Shown piece after piece: positions 47,123-55,320 of a stretch of DNA of 64,000 nt. The position numbers and the translations under genes were made by a program. This DNA is from Candidatus Moraniibacteriota bacterium (GTDB lineage: Bacteria > Patescibacteriota > Minisyncoccia > Moranbacterales > UBA1568). The stretch is from the NCBI GenBank assembly GCA_043743535.1, contig JAYTWI010000009.1, positions 67,407 to 131,406 of the forward strand, read 5' to 3'. Position 1 is the first letter of the stretch. Each line of letters begins with the position of its first letter. The notes beneath the pieces were generated by a model that ran no database searches, was not told the origin of the DNA, and saw only the letters and a list, made by a program, of their open reading frames with translations.

Positions 47123-47713
47123 ATGAAGTCTATAAATAAGTTTGAAAATTTACCCCAAGCTTCGCCCAATTATATGAACGCAATTATTCTTCATGGAACA
47201 GGAACAAAGAATAATGAATTTTGGTTTCCATATTTGAAAAAAGAACTAGAATCATTGGGCTACGAAGTATGGCTTCCGCAACTTCCTAACGATGAATGCC
47301 CAAACCTGAATAATTGGCTCCCGTTTATCTTTTCAAATGGAAAATTTACTAAAGACACTATTCTTATCGGTCATTCGGCAGGATCTCAAGTAATTCTCAG
47401 TGTCCTTGAGAATATCGATGTTACTATAAAGAAAGCTATTTTAGTATCTGGTTACGCTAAAACGTTACGGAAAAATACAAAGGGTGAAAAAGTCGAAGGT
47501 GAACCGAACTGGAGAGTTATTAAACTACATGCCAAAGAATTTATTTTTATCAATTCGGATAATGATCCTTGGGGCTGTGATGACACGCAAGGGAGGATGA
47601 TGCAAGAAAACCTTGGCGGACAATTGATTATTCGCCATGATGGTCATATGGGGTCAACCACATATAATCAGCCCTACAAAGAGTTTCCGCTTCTGGTAGA
47701 ATTAGTGAAATAG
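47123..47713 (+). CDS. Alpha/beta-hydrolase, YdeN/RBBP9-like serine hydrolase family
   Basis: ILHGTGTKNNEFWFP..., GHSAGS nucleophile elbow, C-terminal D and H residues. 196 aa. Confidence 0.65.
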   Translation: MKSINKFENLPQASPNYMNAIILHGTGTKNNEFWFPYLKKELESLGYEVWLPQLPNDECPNLNNWLPFIFSNGKFTKDTILIGHSAGSQVILSVLENIDVTIKKAILVSGYAKTLRKNTKGEKVEGEPNWRVIKLHAKEFIFINSDNDPWGCDDTQGRMMQENLGGQLIIRHDGHMGSTTYNQPYKEFPLLVELVK

Positions 47714-47862
47714 TTTCCAACGTGAATTCTCCTCAGAGTCTTAGTGCTTATGACCCAACCAAATATATTCTTCATCACTGGAGTAAATGGCGTAGGGGAA
47801 AGTATGCTTATTTTTTAGAATTTTGTATTAAGACAGAAGCAGCACATTATATTCCTTGATTT

Positions 47863-48423
47863 ATGACCGAACCAAGGAAACCAAAACTTATCATCATCAA
47901 CGGAGCTTTGGGAGTGGGAAAAACCACTCTGGCGGAGCGCTATGCAAGTGGACATCCTTTGACGTTACAGATTGATATTGATGAAGTGCGGAGGCATATT
48001 AGCTTCTGGCGAGAAGAAAAAGAAATATCTGGGACGCTCTCCAAGCAGATTGCTTGCGAAATGGCACGGGCACATCTCTTGTCTTTCCATGATGTGGTGG
48101 TGTCGCAGATATTTACTCAATCAGCGTATTTGGAACAATTGGAAGCTATCGCCCAAGCATGTGGAGCCGAGTTTCATGAATTTCTTTTGTTTCTTCCTCG
48201 TGAAGAAGCGGTAACACGGTTCGTGAAACGAGGCCAAAGAAAGGGCTATCCAGATGGCTTCCGTCCAGGTGGATTAGTAGATCTCGGAGGAAGAGAAAAA
48301 AAGGTACTGCAAATGTACGACGATATGATGGCTATGATTTCGCAAAGACCAGAGACTAAAGTAATAGATTCTCAAGAAGGCGAGATAGTAGCTACCTATA
48401 AGACCTTGATAGAGAATCTCTAG
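47863..48423 (+). CDS. P-loop kinase, chloramphenicol-phosphotransferase/AAA_33-like family
   Basis: LIIINGALGVGKTTLA Walker A at the N-terminus. ~186 aa, typical for the small CPT-like kinases. Confidence 0.6.
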   Translation: MTEPRKPKLIIINGALGVGKTTLAERYASGHPLTLQIDIDEVRRHISFWREEKEISGTLSKQIACEMARAHLLSFHDVVVSQIFTQSAYLEQLEAIAQACGAEFHEFLLFLPREEAVTRFVKRGQRKGYPDGFRPGGLVDLGGREKKVLQMYDDMMAMISQRPETKVIDSQEGEIVATYKTLIENL

Positions 48424-48480
48424 AGGTTCTTCCTCACCTTGACTTCGAGAACAAATTGTGCCATAAATGAAACACTCGTT

Positions 48481-48518
48481 CTTCGCGCAACCGCGAAGGT
48501 TTTCAGTTCATTTTTTTT
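48481..48518 (+). terminator. Intrinsic terminator
   Basis: CTTCGCGcaacCGCGAAG hairpin followed by GTTTTCAGTTCATTTTTTTT. Confidence 0.5.
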
Positions 48519-48531
48519 GGAGGAGAATACG

Positions 48532-48813
48532 ATGTCAAAAGCAAGCGGTGTTGGGAGGGGCGCCATTGAGGGTCCACGCGTTGTTACCGGTCGGGAGGGA
48601 CGTCCGATCATTACCGTGACGAAGCGACCGGTAGTTGCCCAAGTTGCCCAGCCGACCCCCGCGGTGAAACCATCACAAAGGCAAAAAAAGTCGACACGAG
48701 CTCAAGCGGAGTTTCAAGGACGGCTTCGTGCACGTAACGCAGAGCTCGACCGGGACGTTGGGGTGAGCGGATTTTACCTCCCACCTGTTGTCTTGCCACC
48801 CAGGCGGCGGTAA
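48532..48813 (+). CDS. Hypothetical basic/Pro-rich small protein (93 aa)
   Basis: SD GGAGGAG 6 nt upstream of the ATG at 48532. The track ORF from 48439 is probably too long. Confidence 0.4.
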   Translation: MSKASGVGRGAIEGPRVVTGREGRPIITVTKRPVVAQVAQPTPAVKPSQRQKKSTRAQAEFQGRLRARNAELDRDVGVSGFYLPPVVLPPRRR

Positions 48814-48904
48814 CTACAGTATCACAGGGACGCAATGCCGTTCCTTTTTTCTTGCCAGCACTGAAATTTCCTGGTAGGCTAATGTACAGTTTGTGAAGTA
48901 GCAG

Positions 48905-48977
48905 GCCGTTGTAGCTCAGTTGGTAGAGCACGTCCTTGGTAAGGACGAGGTCATCGGTTCAATCCCGATCAACGGCT
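48905..48977 (+). tRNA. tRNA-Thr (anticodon GGU)
   Basis: Acceptor GCCGTTG/CAACGGC, anticodon loop cTTGGTAa, T-loop TTCAATC. Confidence 0.85.
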
Positions 48978-49018
48978 CAACTGTGGTATTAGCGCTAATC
49001 ATTAGAAGTGATAAAATT

Positions 49019-49792
49019 ATGAACAAAGAAGTAGCGAATGAAATCGCGGTTGGAGTAATTGTGTTAATTGTAGTAATTGTCGGCGGTGTTTTTTGGATGC
49101 AAAGTGAAAAACAAGTAGCTAATAATGTACAACCGGTTATACAGGTTCCTGTTGTACAAAAAGAAGTACAGCCACAACAACAAACGCAACAGGTGAAGCC
49201 TGTGGATGAAGCTGTAAATTGGCAAGCATACGAAAACGAAAAATTTGGGTTTAAATTCAAATATCCAAATAATTTAGAGACTGAGCAAAATATGAACGTA
49301 GATTATTTTTCTCTTTCGATTGGAAATAAAGTACGACCCACGCCATCATCAGATTATTTTGTTGACTCCACCTTTTTGATGGAAGTTAAAAAAACAAATT
49401 TCAAAGATATAAATAGCTGGTTCTTTCATTTCAAGAAAGACTTTGAAAAGCCTTCCAATTACGAAGGTTACATAATTCACCCGATAGTCAACGACGTTGA
49501 GAATTTTAAAATAGACAATCTAGACGCGAAGAAATATATCCCAAATGAGGGAACATTTCCTTTTTATGACAGGTGCGTTGTGTTTATTAAGAGTGGATTT
49601 GAATATTCTTTTTGCTACAGCGGTGTATTGAATGATGATGAAAAAAATTTAGCAATAATTAAAAAAGACGAGTATGGCGCAAATCAGTATGATGACAACT
49701 TAATTGAATCCATAAAAAATGGCTACAGAGAAAAATTTGATCTGATCATTTCAACTATAAAATTTACGAAAAAAGACGAAACAGCTAATTAG
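49019..49792 (+). CDS. Hypothetical membrane-anchored protein with Gln/Pro/Val-rich linker (AT-rich orphan gene)
   Basis: ATG at 49019 just after the tRNA (the track ORF from 48920 overlaps the tRNA). TM IAVGVIVLIVVIVGGVFWM. Local GC ~33%. Confidence 0.55.
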   Translation: MNKEVANEIAVGVIVLIVVIVGGVFWMQSEKQVANNVQPVIQVPVVQKEVQPQQQTQQVKPVDEAVNWQAYENEKFGFKFKYPNNLETEQNMNVDYFSLSIGNKVRPTPSSDYFVDSTFLMEVKKTNFKDINSWFFHFKKDFEKPSNYEGYIIHPIVNDVENFKIDNLDAKKYIPNEGTFPFYDRCVVFIKSGFEYSFCYSGVLNDDEKNLAIIKKDEYGANQYDDNLIESIKNGYREKFDLIISTIKFTKKDETAN

Positions 49793-49881
49793 CAGACATA
49801 TAAAAATACGGGATTTTCTTGTTTGGGGTGACAGCGAATGGCCCGGGGGCGGAAGCCCTGAGAGAGCGGAGCGAGTTAAAT

Positions 49882-49897
49882 TCCCGATCAACGGCTC
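49882..49897 (+). repeat. 16 bp direct duplicate of the tRNA-Thr(GGU) 3' end
   Basis: TCCCGATCAACGGCTC is identical to 48963-48978 in the tRNA. Confidence 0.75.
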
Positions 49898-49983
49898 CAG
49901 TAAGTCGCCTGAGAGAGGTTGCGTATTGACGAAAAAGTCGTTTTCCCGTACAGTGGAAAGGCTTTATATTACTGACATTTCCT

Positions 49984-50145
49984 ATGGGCAAGATCAAGGA
50001 CAACATGGCGAAGCTGAAGTGTAGCCTGTGTGGGCGCATCACCCATTACACCAAGCGTAATAAGAAGAAGGTGAAAGAAAAACTCTCCCTCTCCAAATAT
50101 TGCCGCTTCTGCAAGAAGAACGCCACCCACACCGAGAGCAAATAG
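49984..50145 (+). CDS. rpmG: 50S ribosomal protein L33
   Basis: MGKIKDNMAKLKCSLCGRITHYTKRNKKKVKEKLSLSKYCRFCKKNATHTESK, with four-Cys zinc ribbon and L33 length. Candidate promoter TTGACG-17-TACAGT at ~49927-49955. Confidence 0.8.
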   Translation: MGKIKDNMAKLKCSLCGRITHYTKRNKKKVKEKLSLSKYCRFCKKNATHTESK

Positions 50146-50185
50146 TTCTCGGTTTTTGGTAGGGCGTGTTACAATATTTCTACCA

Positions 50186-50256
50186 GGGGGCGTCGTATAA
50201 TGGTAGTACAACGGTCTCCAAAACCGTTTGCGTAGGTTCGATTCCTACCGCCCCTG
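50186..50256 (+). tRNA. tRNA-Trp (anticodon CCA)
   Basis: Acceptor GGGGGCG/CGCCCCT with a G1-U72 wobble, anticodon loop cTCCAAa, discriminator G. Confidence 0.8.
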
Positions 50257-50303
50257 CTTAAAGTTCATTTGACGTTGGTCATTTGGATTTTGATATTTTT
50301 TCT

Positions 50304-50375
50304 GGCCCCATCGTCTATCGGCTAGGACATCAGGTTCTCATCCTGAAAAGAGGGGTCCGACTCCCCTTGGGGCTA
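50304..50375 (+). tRNA. tRNA-like sequence, possible tRNA-Glu (anticodon CUC) with non-canonical T-loop (TCCGACT)
   Basis: Folds as a cloverleaf: acceptor GGCCCCA/TGGGGCT, D-loop with GG, anticodon loop tTCTCAt, T-stem AGGGG/CCCCT. U55 is replaced by C. Followed by the hairpin ATCTCCACtgcatgGTGGGGATTTT, which is terminator-like. Confidence 0.35.
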
Positions 50376-50443
50376 CACCAAAGAAATCTCCACTGCATGG
50401 TGGGGATTTTATGCTAAAATAGAGTAAATGATAACGCTTTTTT

Positions 50444-51157
50444 ATGCCCGCTCTTGTTTTTGATATTGAAACGGTTGGGGAGGATTTCGACCGACTGGAT
50501 GAGACCAGTCAGGATGTTTTGACGCGGTGGATTCGGAAAGAATCAGGAAGCGGCGAAGATTATACAGCCGCGCTCGCTGACCTGAAAAATGGGATGGGTT
50601 TTTCGCCGTTGACTGGGCAGATCGTAGCTATCGGGATTTACGACGCGGAGCGCAAGAAGGGCGCTGTCTACTTCCAGCCTTCTCCCAAAGGGAAAGAACA
50701 ATCGTTCGAGGAAGCGGAGTGCAAATTCGAAGTGTTGGGGGAAAAAGAAATGCTAGAACGTTTTTGGGAAGTGGTAGAGAAGTATGACACCTTCGTCACC
50801 TTCAATGGGCGAACCTTCGATGTGCCGTTTTTGATGGTGCGTTCGGCTATCCATGGTATTCGGCCGACCAAGAACCTTTTGGCTAATCGTTACCTCAATT
50901 ATCATCCTGCCAATGCCCGCCATATCGATTTGTTGGATCAGTTGACGTTCTATGGAGCCTTGCGCAAGAAGGGGAGCTTGCATTTGTGGTGTCGGGCTTT
51001 TGGTATTGAAAGCCCCAAGGCTCAGGGGGTTGACGGTGATGATGTCAAGGCGCTCTATGAGAATGGCAAGAGCGCTGATATTGCCCGCTACAACGCTCGT
51101 GATTTGCGAGCCACGGCAGAACTCTATGAGCGCTACAAAAACTTTTTACAGTTTTAG
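50444..51157 (+). CDS. RNase H-like 3'-5' exonuclease related to the PolB exonuclease domain (YprB/COG3298-like)
   Basis: FDIETVG (Exo I), FNGRTFDVPFL (Exo II), YNARDLRAT (Exo III, YxxxD). Confidence 0.65.
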   Translation: MPALVFDIETVGEDFDRLDETSQDVLTRWIRKESGSGEDYTAALADLKNGMGFSPLTGQIVAIGIYDAERKKGAVYFQPSPKGKEQSFEEAECKFEVLGEKEMLERFWEVVEKYDTFVTFNGRTFDVPFLMVRSAIHGIRPTKNLLANRYLNYHPANARHIDLLDQLTFYGALRKKGSLHLWCRAFGIESPKAQGVDGDDVKALYENGKSADIARYNARDLRATAELYERYKNFLQF

Positions 51158-51231
51158 AATTTTCTCGCGTGTATCTTGTCGCAGTTCTCTTTTCTTGCTA
51201 CACTCGCCAGTATGTTTCTTCCCGGCAGTTA

Positions 51232-51310
51232 ATTACCAAACGAAGTGAGTGAAATGAAAGTAAACTTTCGTTTCTGAGCGAGTGCTGGTAAAATCAGGTA
51301 AATACCTGTT
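51232..51310 (-). repeat. Structured repeat family copy B (reverse orientation)
   Basis: The reverse complement reads AACAGGTATTTACCTGATTTTACCAGCACTCGCTCAGAAACGAAAGTTTACTTTCATTTCACTCACTTCGTTTGGTAAT. Confidence 0.85.
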
Positions 51311-51320
51311 ATTTCAGACT

Positions 51321-52397
51321 ATGCATATCGAAGAAGAGTTGAAGAACTATAAAGCGCGTCTCGATCCCAAGATAGACGCGTATTTTAATGATGTCATCAA
51401 AGATATCACCAGAGAAGATGTTTTGGTGGGCGAAGCCCTGGAACATGCCCGGGCTATTGTTATGGCGGGCGGCAAGCGGTTGCGTTCGGCCTTTATGTAC
51501 TATGGTTACCTGGGAGCAGGAGGGGTGGAGGAGGAAAAAATCCTTGATGCCTCGGTCAGCATTGAACTTTTGCATGCCTTTTTATTGGTCCACGATGATA
51601 TCATCGATCGTGACGATCTGCGGCACGGTGTGCCGACGCTTCACGTGCGCTATGCGGATGTCGGCCGGCGCTATTTTTCGGAAAAGGATGTAGCACATTT
51701 CGGCAATTCCATCGCCCTCATTATGGGAGATATGCTTCATGCTTTTGGTAATGATATTTTATTCCGTTCTGACTTTCCCAAGGAGCGTATTTTTCAAGCT
51801 CTCTCCTGTGTCGAGCGTATTGTTTCGATGACGGTCATTGGTCAGGCCCGTGACATCTATATGGAGTATATGTGTGAAGCAAGCGAAGAAGAGATCCTCA
51901 CTATGTACAAGAACAAGACGGCCAAATATACTGTAGAGGGGCCGCTTCATCTGGGGGCTATTTTGGCAGGGGCTTCTGACGAACTTTTGGCTGGGCTTTC
52001 GGCCTACGCTATTCCTTTGGGGATTGCTTTCCAGATCCAAGATGATATTCTCGGGATTTTTGGTTCAGCCAGTCGTATTGGTAAACCAGTGGGCTCGGAT
52101 ATACAGGAAGGGAAAATTACGTTGTTGGTTTCGCTCGCTCTCAAGCACGGCAGTCGGGCAGAACAGAAACAATTGAAAAGAATTCTTGCTTTAGGAACAC
52201 AAATTAGTGATACGGATATTGAAACATTTCGGACGATTGTCAACTGTACTGGAGCGCTCACGGCAGCCAAAGAACGGGCCGAAATCTATATTAAAGAAGG
52301 GACACTGGCTCTGGAAAAGACCCAACCTCTCCTAACTGCGCGAGCCTATAATTTCCTTTCGTCAGTAGCAGTTTATATGACTCAGAGAGAATTCTAA
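51321..52397 (+). CDS. Polyprenyl diphosphate synthase (FPP/GGPP synthase family)
   Basis: LLVHDDIIDRDDLRHG (first DDxxD) and FQIQDDILG (second DDxxD). The track ORF from 51282 overlaps the repeat. ATG at 51321 is preferred. Confidence 0.8.
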   Translation: MHIEEELKNYKARLDPKIDAYFNDVIKDITREDVLVGEALEHARAIVMAGGKRLRSAFMYYGYLGAGGVEEEKILDASVSIELLHAFLLVHDDIIDRDDLRHGVPTLHVRYADVGRRYFSEKDVAHFGNSIALIMGDMLHAFGNDILFRSDFPKERIFQALSCVERIVSMTVIGQARDIYMEYMCEASEEEILTMYKNKTAKYTVEGPLHLGAILAGASDELLAGLSAYAIPLGIAFQIQDDILGIFGSASRIGKPVGSDIQEGKITLLVSLALKHGSRAEQKQLKRILALGTQISDTDIETFRTIVNCTGALTAAKERAEIYIKEGTLALEKTQPLLTARAYNFLSSVAVYMTQREF

Positions 52398-52404
52398 AAA
52401 TTCT

Positions 52405-53130
52405 ATGACGGAAATAATAACGAAAATAGATACGGTGCTACCACAGCACGTGGTGATTATTCCCGACGGCAATCGCCGCTGGGCTGTCGCGCGCGGCCTC
52501 GCGCCTTGGCGGGGACACGAAGCCGGCGCGGAGGTCACTGAAGCGCTCGTCAGAGAGGCTCGGCGTTTGGGTATTCGCGAACTTTCTATTTGGGGTTCGT
52601 CGATGGAGAATCTCACTAAACGACCAGTGCTTGAGAGTAAAGCCCTACTTCGCATTTACGAAACCTATTTTCAGAAACTTTTGGAAAGCGAAGATATCCA
52701 CAAAGACCAAGCCAGGATTCGTTTCATCGGTCACTGGGAAGAGCAATTTCCAGCTTCGCTCAAGAAGATCCTCTATCAGTGTATCGAGGCCACCAAGGAC
52801 TATGATCAATACCATTTGAACTTTTTTTTGGCTTACAGTGGGGATGATGAAATGCGGTTGGCTATCGAGCGTATAGCAAATGAATTGCCGGCCGGTACCA
52901 AGGTAACCAATGAGCTCATCAAGGAACGATTGATGACCAAAGAGTTGCCACCAGTCGATCTCTTGATTCGGACCGGAGGGGAACCGCATCTCTCGGCTGG
53001 TTTTATGATGTGGGATATCGCCAATACCCAGCTCTATTTTTCGGAGAAATTATACCCAGATTTCGACGCTGCGAGCCTCGATTCTGCCATCGAGGACTAC
53101 AGTGCTCGCGGTCGGCGCTTCGGGAAATAA
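52405..53130 (+). CDS. uppS: Undecaprenyl diphosphate synthase
   Basis: HVVIIPDGNRRWA and the cis-prenyltransferase C-terminal RTGGE. Confidence 0.85.
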   Translation: MTEIITKIDTVLPQHVVIIPDGNRRWAVARGLAPWRGHEAGAEVTEALVREARRLGIRELSIWGSSMENLTKRPVLESKALLRIYETYFQKLLESEDIHKDQARIRFIGHWEEQFPASLKKILYQCIEATKDYDQYHLNFFLAYSGDDEMRLAIERIANELPAGTKVTNELIKERLMTKELPPVDLLIRTGGEPHLSAGFMMWDIANTQLYFSEKLYPDFDAASLDSAIEDYSARGRRFGK

Positions 53131-53138
53131 AGCCGGGA

Positions 53139-53166
53139 TTGACAGATTTTTACTATCTGCTACAAT
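53139..53166 (+). promoter_or_regulatory. Putative promoter of the infA-r-protein operon (-35 TTGACA, 16 bp spacer, -10 TACAAT)
   Basis: aTTGACAgatttttactatctgcTACAATagg. Followed by a leader with the hairpin GTGTTCTCTATAGAGAGCAC plus a T-run at ~53262-53300. Confidence 0.45.
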
Positions 53167-53338
53167 AGGACTACATTTTGAAAAACTGCATAGACTCAGG
53201 AAAAAAGAGAGGGTAATCAAGAGATACATATTCAGGAACGAGGATTGATTGCTTACCATAGAAACTTCTCTGTTTTTGTGTTCTCTATAGAGAGCACAAA
53301 GTTTTTCTGCGTACTATCGCTTGTCGCAAATGCACACT

Positions 53339-53560
53339 ATGGCCAATAACAAGGAATTGATCCGCATGGAAGGCGAAGTCTTGGAAACTTTACCAAGTAC
53401 TACCTTCCGCGTTCGTCTTGATAACGGCCACGAGGTACTCGCTCATATTTCTGGTCGGATGCGTGTCCATTACATTCGTCTGTTGCCAGGGGATCGGGTG
53501 ACGCTTGAGATGAGTCCTTATGACTTGTCCAAAGGGCGGATCGTTTTGCGTAACAAATAG
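53339..53560 (+). CDS. infA: Translation initiation factor IF-1
   Basis: [42 protein letters not shown]... S1-like OB fold. The track start 53321 is TTG. Confidence 0.85.
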   Translation: MANNKELIRMEGEVLETLPSTTFRVRLDNGHEVLAHISGRMRVHYIRLLPGDRVTLEMSPYDLSKGRIVLRNK

Positions 53561-53568
53561 CCTACACT

Positions 53569-53682
53569 ATGAAAGTTCGAGCCTCAGTGAAAAAAATTTG
53601 TGTGCACTGCAAGATTGTTAAACGTAAGGGCGTCCTCTTTGTTATTTGCACTACGCCGAAACATAAGCAACGTCAGGGATAA
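53569..53682 (+). CDS. rpmJ: 50S ribosomal protein L36
   Basis: [37 protein letters not shown] (37 aa, Cys/His zinc ribbon). Not in the ORF track because it is under 60 aa. Confidence 0.85.
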   Translation: MKVRASVKKICVHCKIVKRKGVLFVICTTPKHKQRQG

Positions 53683-53697
53683 TTTTAGAAACGAACT

Positions 53698-54087
53698 ATG
53701 GTACGTATCGCCGGAATCAACATTCCAGACAATAAAAGAATCGAAATAGCTCTGACCTATGTTTTTGGTATTGGTTTGTCGACCAGTCAGAAAATTTTAA
53801 AAGAACTGGCCATCAGCCTAGATACTCGTACCAAGGATTTGACCGCTGAAGACGCAAACAAGTTGCGCGACATGATTGAAAAGAAGTACCGAGTGGAAGG
53901 TGAGCTGCGCCATGTCATCAAAAGTAACATCAAGCGCTTGAAAGAAATCGGTTGCTATCGTGGTACACGGCACCAAAAAGGTTTGCCGGTGCGCGGTCAG
54001 AGAACCAAGACTAATACGCGGACCGTCCGTGGTAACGTAAGAAAGACGATGGGTAGCGGTCGCAAGAAGTCTGATGCCAAGACCTAA
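53698..54087 (+). CDS. rpsM: 30S ribosomal protein S13
   Basis: [26 protein letters not shown]. Confidence 0.9.
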   Translation: MVRIAGINIPDNKRIEIALTYVFGIGLSTSQKILKELAISLDTRTKDLTAEDANKLRDMIEKKYRVEGELRHVIKSNIKRLKEIGCYRGTRHQKGLPVRGQRTKTNTRTVRGNVRKTMGSGRKKSDAKT

Positions 54088-54129
54088 AGTCAAAACGCGA
54101 AGCCAGCCTTAAGCCAGTCCAAATGAACT

Positions 54130-54588
54130 ATGGAAGAATTGATTACCGAAACAATTGAAAAAACCGAAAAGACAGCGGTTGAAGCCGGAGCGGAAGCCGG
54201 AGCGGAAACAGCTGCCAAGAAAAAGAAGAAAATCAAGCGTCAGATCCTTAAGGGTCGCGCCAGTATTCAGTGCACCTACAACAATACTATCGTCTCGATT
54301 GCTGACTTGAGCGGTGCCATCCTAGGCTGGTCAAGCTCTGGGCACCTTTCTTTCAAAGGAGCTAAGAAGTCGACTCCCTACGCGGCCACCCAGGTAGTAG
54401 CTGATGTAACGGAGAAAGTGAAGAAGTATGGAATGCAGGAGCTTGAAGTATTCGTCAAGGGCGTCGGCTCTGGTCGTGAAGCTTCTATCCGGGCGCTGTC
54501 CAATAATGGTTTCAATCTGGTGACGATCAAAGATATTACCCCGATTCCGCATAACGGTTGTCGTCCTCGTCGTCCTCGTCGTATCTAA
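54130..54588 (+). CDS. rpsK: 30S ribosomal protein S11 (with ~35 aa N-terminal extension)
   Basis: ASIQCTYNNTIVSIADLSGAILGWSSSG ... GCRPRRPRRI. Confidence 0.9.
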   Translation: MEELITETIEKTEKTAVEAGAEAGAETAAKKKKKIKRQILKGRASIQCTYNNTIVSIADLSGAILGWSSSGHLSFKGAKKSTPYAATQVVADVTEKVKKYGMQELEVFVKGVGSGREASIRALSNNGFNLVTIKDITPIPHNGCRPRRPRRI

Positions 54589-54607
54589 CCTACATTGAAG
54601 TGAAATT

Positions 54608-55240
54608 ATGGCAAACAATGTCGATTCCAAGTGTAAACTCTGCCGTCGGGCGGGCGAGAAACTCTTTTTAAAGGGTGATCGTTGTCTGTCTCCGAAGTGT
54701 GCTATGGTGCGTCGTCCATACGCCCCTGGTATTCATGGCCACAATCCCAGTCGGGGTGGCAGTGAATTTGGCAAGCAGTTGGCGATGAAGCAGAAGATTA
54801 AGCGTTTGTATGGCGTAATGGAACGTCAGTTCCGTCACCACTTCGACGAAGTGCGTAATGTCCCTGGGATTACCGGTGATCAGTTGCTCTCACGATTGGA
54901 ACGGCGGCTCGACAACGTTGTCTACCGTCTGGGGTTTGCCGCTTCGCGCGCTCTGGCCGCCCAGCTGGTCAGTCACAAGATGTTTGAAGTCAACGGCAAG
55001 CGCATGAATATTCCTTCCGTAGAAATGAAGCCCGGGGATGTGATTGCTCTCAAGGCTAACAAGAAAGACAAAACCTATTTCAAGAATCTTCTCGAAACGA
55101 TACAAAACAAAAAGGACGTTCCTCACTGGCTCAATCTGGATGTAACGAAAATGGAGGGAAAAGTCCTTGCCATGCCGGCACGCGGGGATGTAGGAGTTCG
55201 CGTCGATGCTCAAATGGTAGTGGAATATTATTCGAAATAA
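54608..55240 (+). CDS. rpsD: 30S ribosomal protein S4
   Basis: N-terminal Cys cluster CKLCRR..C.SPKC, RLDNVVYRLGFA S4 domain. Confidence 0.9.
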   Translation: MANNVDSKCKLCRRAGEKLFLKGDRCLSPKCAMVRRPYAPGIHGHNPSRGGSEFGKQLAMKQKIKRLYGVMERQFRHHFDEVRNVPGITGDQLLSRLERRLDNVVYRLGFAASRALAAQLVSHKMFEVNGKRMNIPSVEMKPGDVIALKANKKDKTYFKNLLETIQNKKDVPHWLNLDVTKMEGKVLAMPARGDVGVRVDAQMVVEYYSK

Positions 55241-55320
55241 TCTATTTAATACTGTATAACGTTTCCGGTGGGCGGTCTTAGAGCACAAGGTCCGACAGTT
55301 CATCCGAAGCCAATAATAGT

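Noticed and set aside
48920-49018. ORF-track start at 48920 for the 49019-49792 gene
   Set aside because: The first 33 codons run through tRNA-Thr(GGU). The ATG at 49019 follows the tRNA and begins the hydrophobic anchor.
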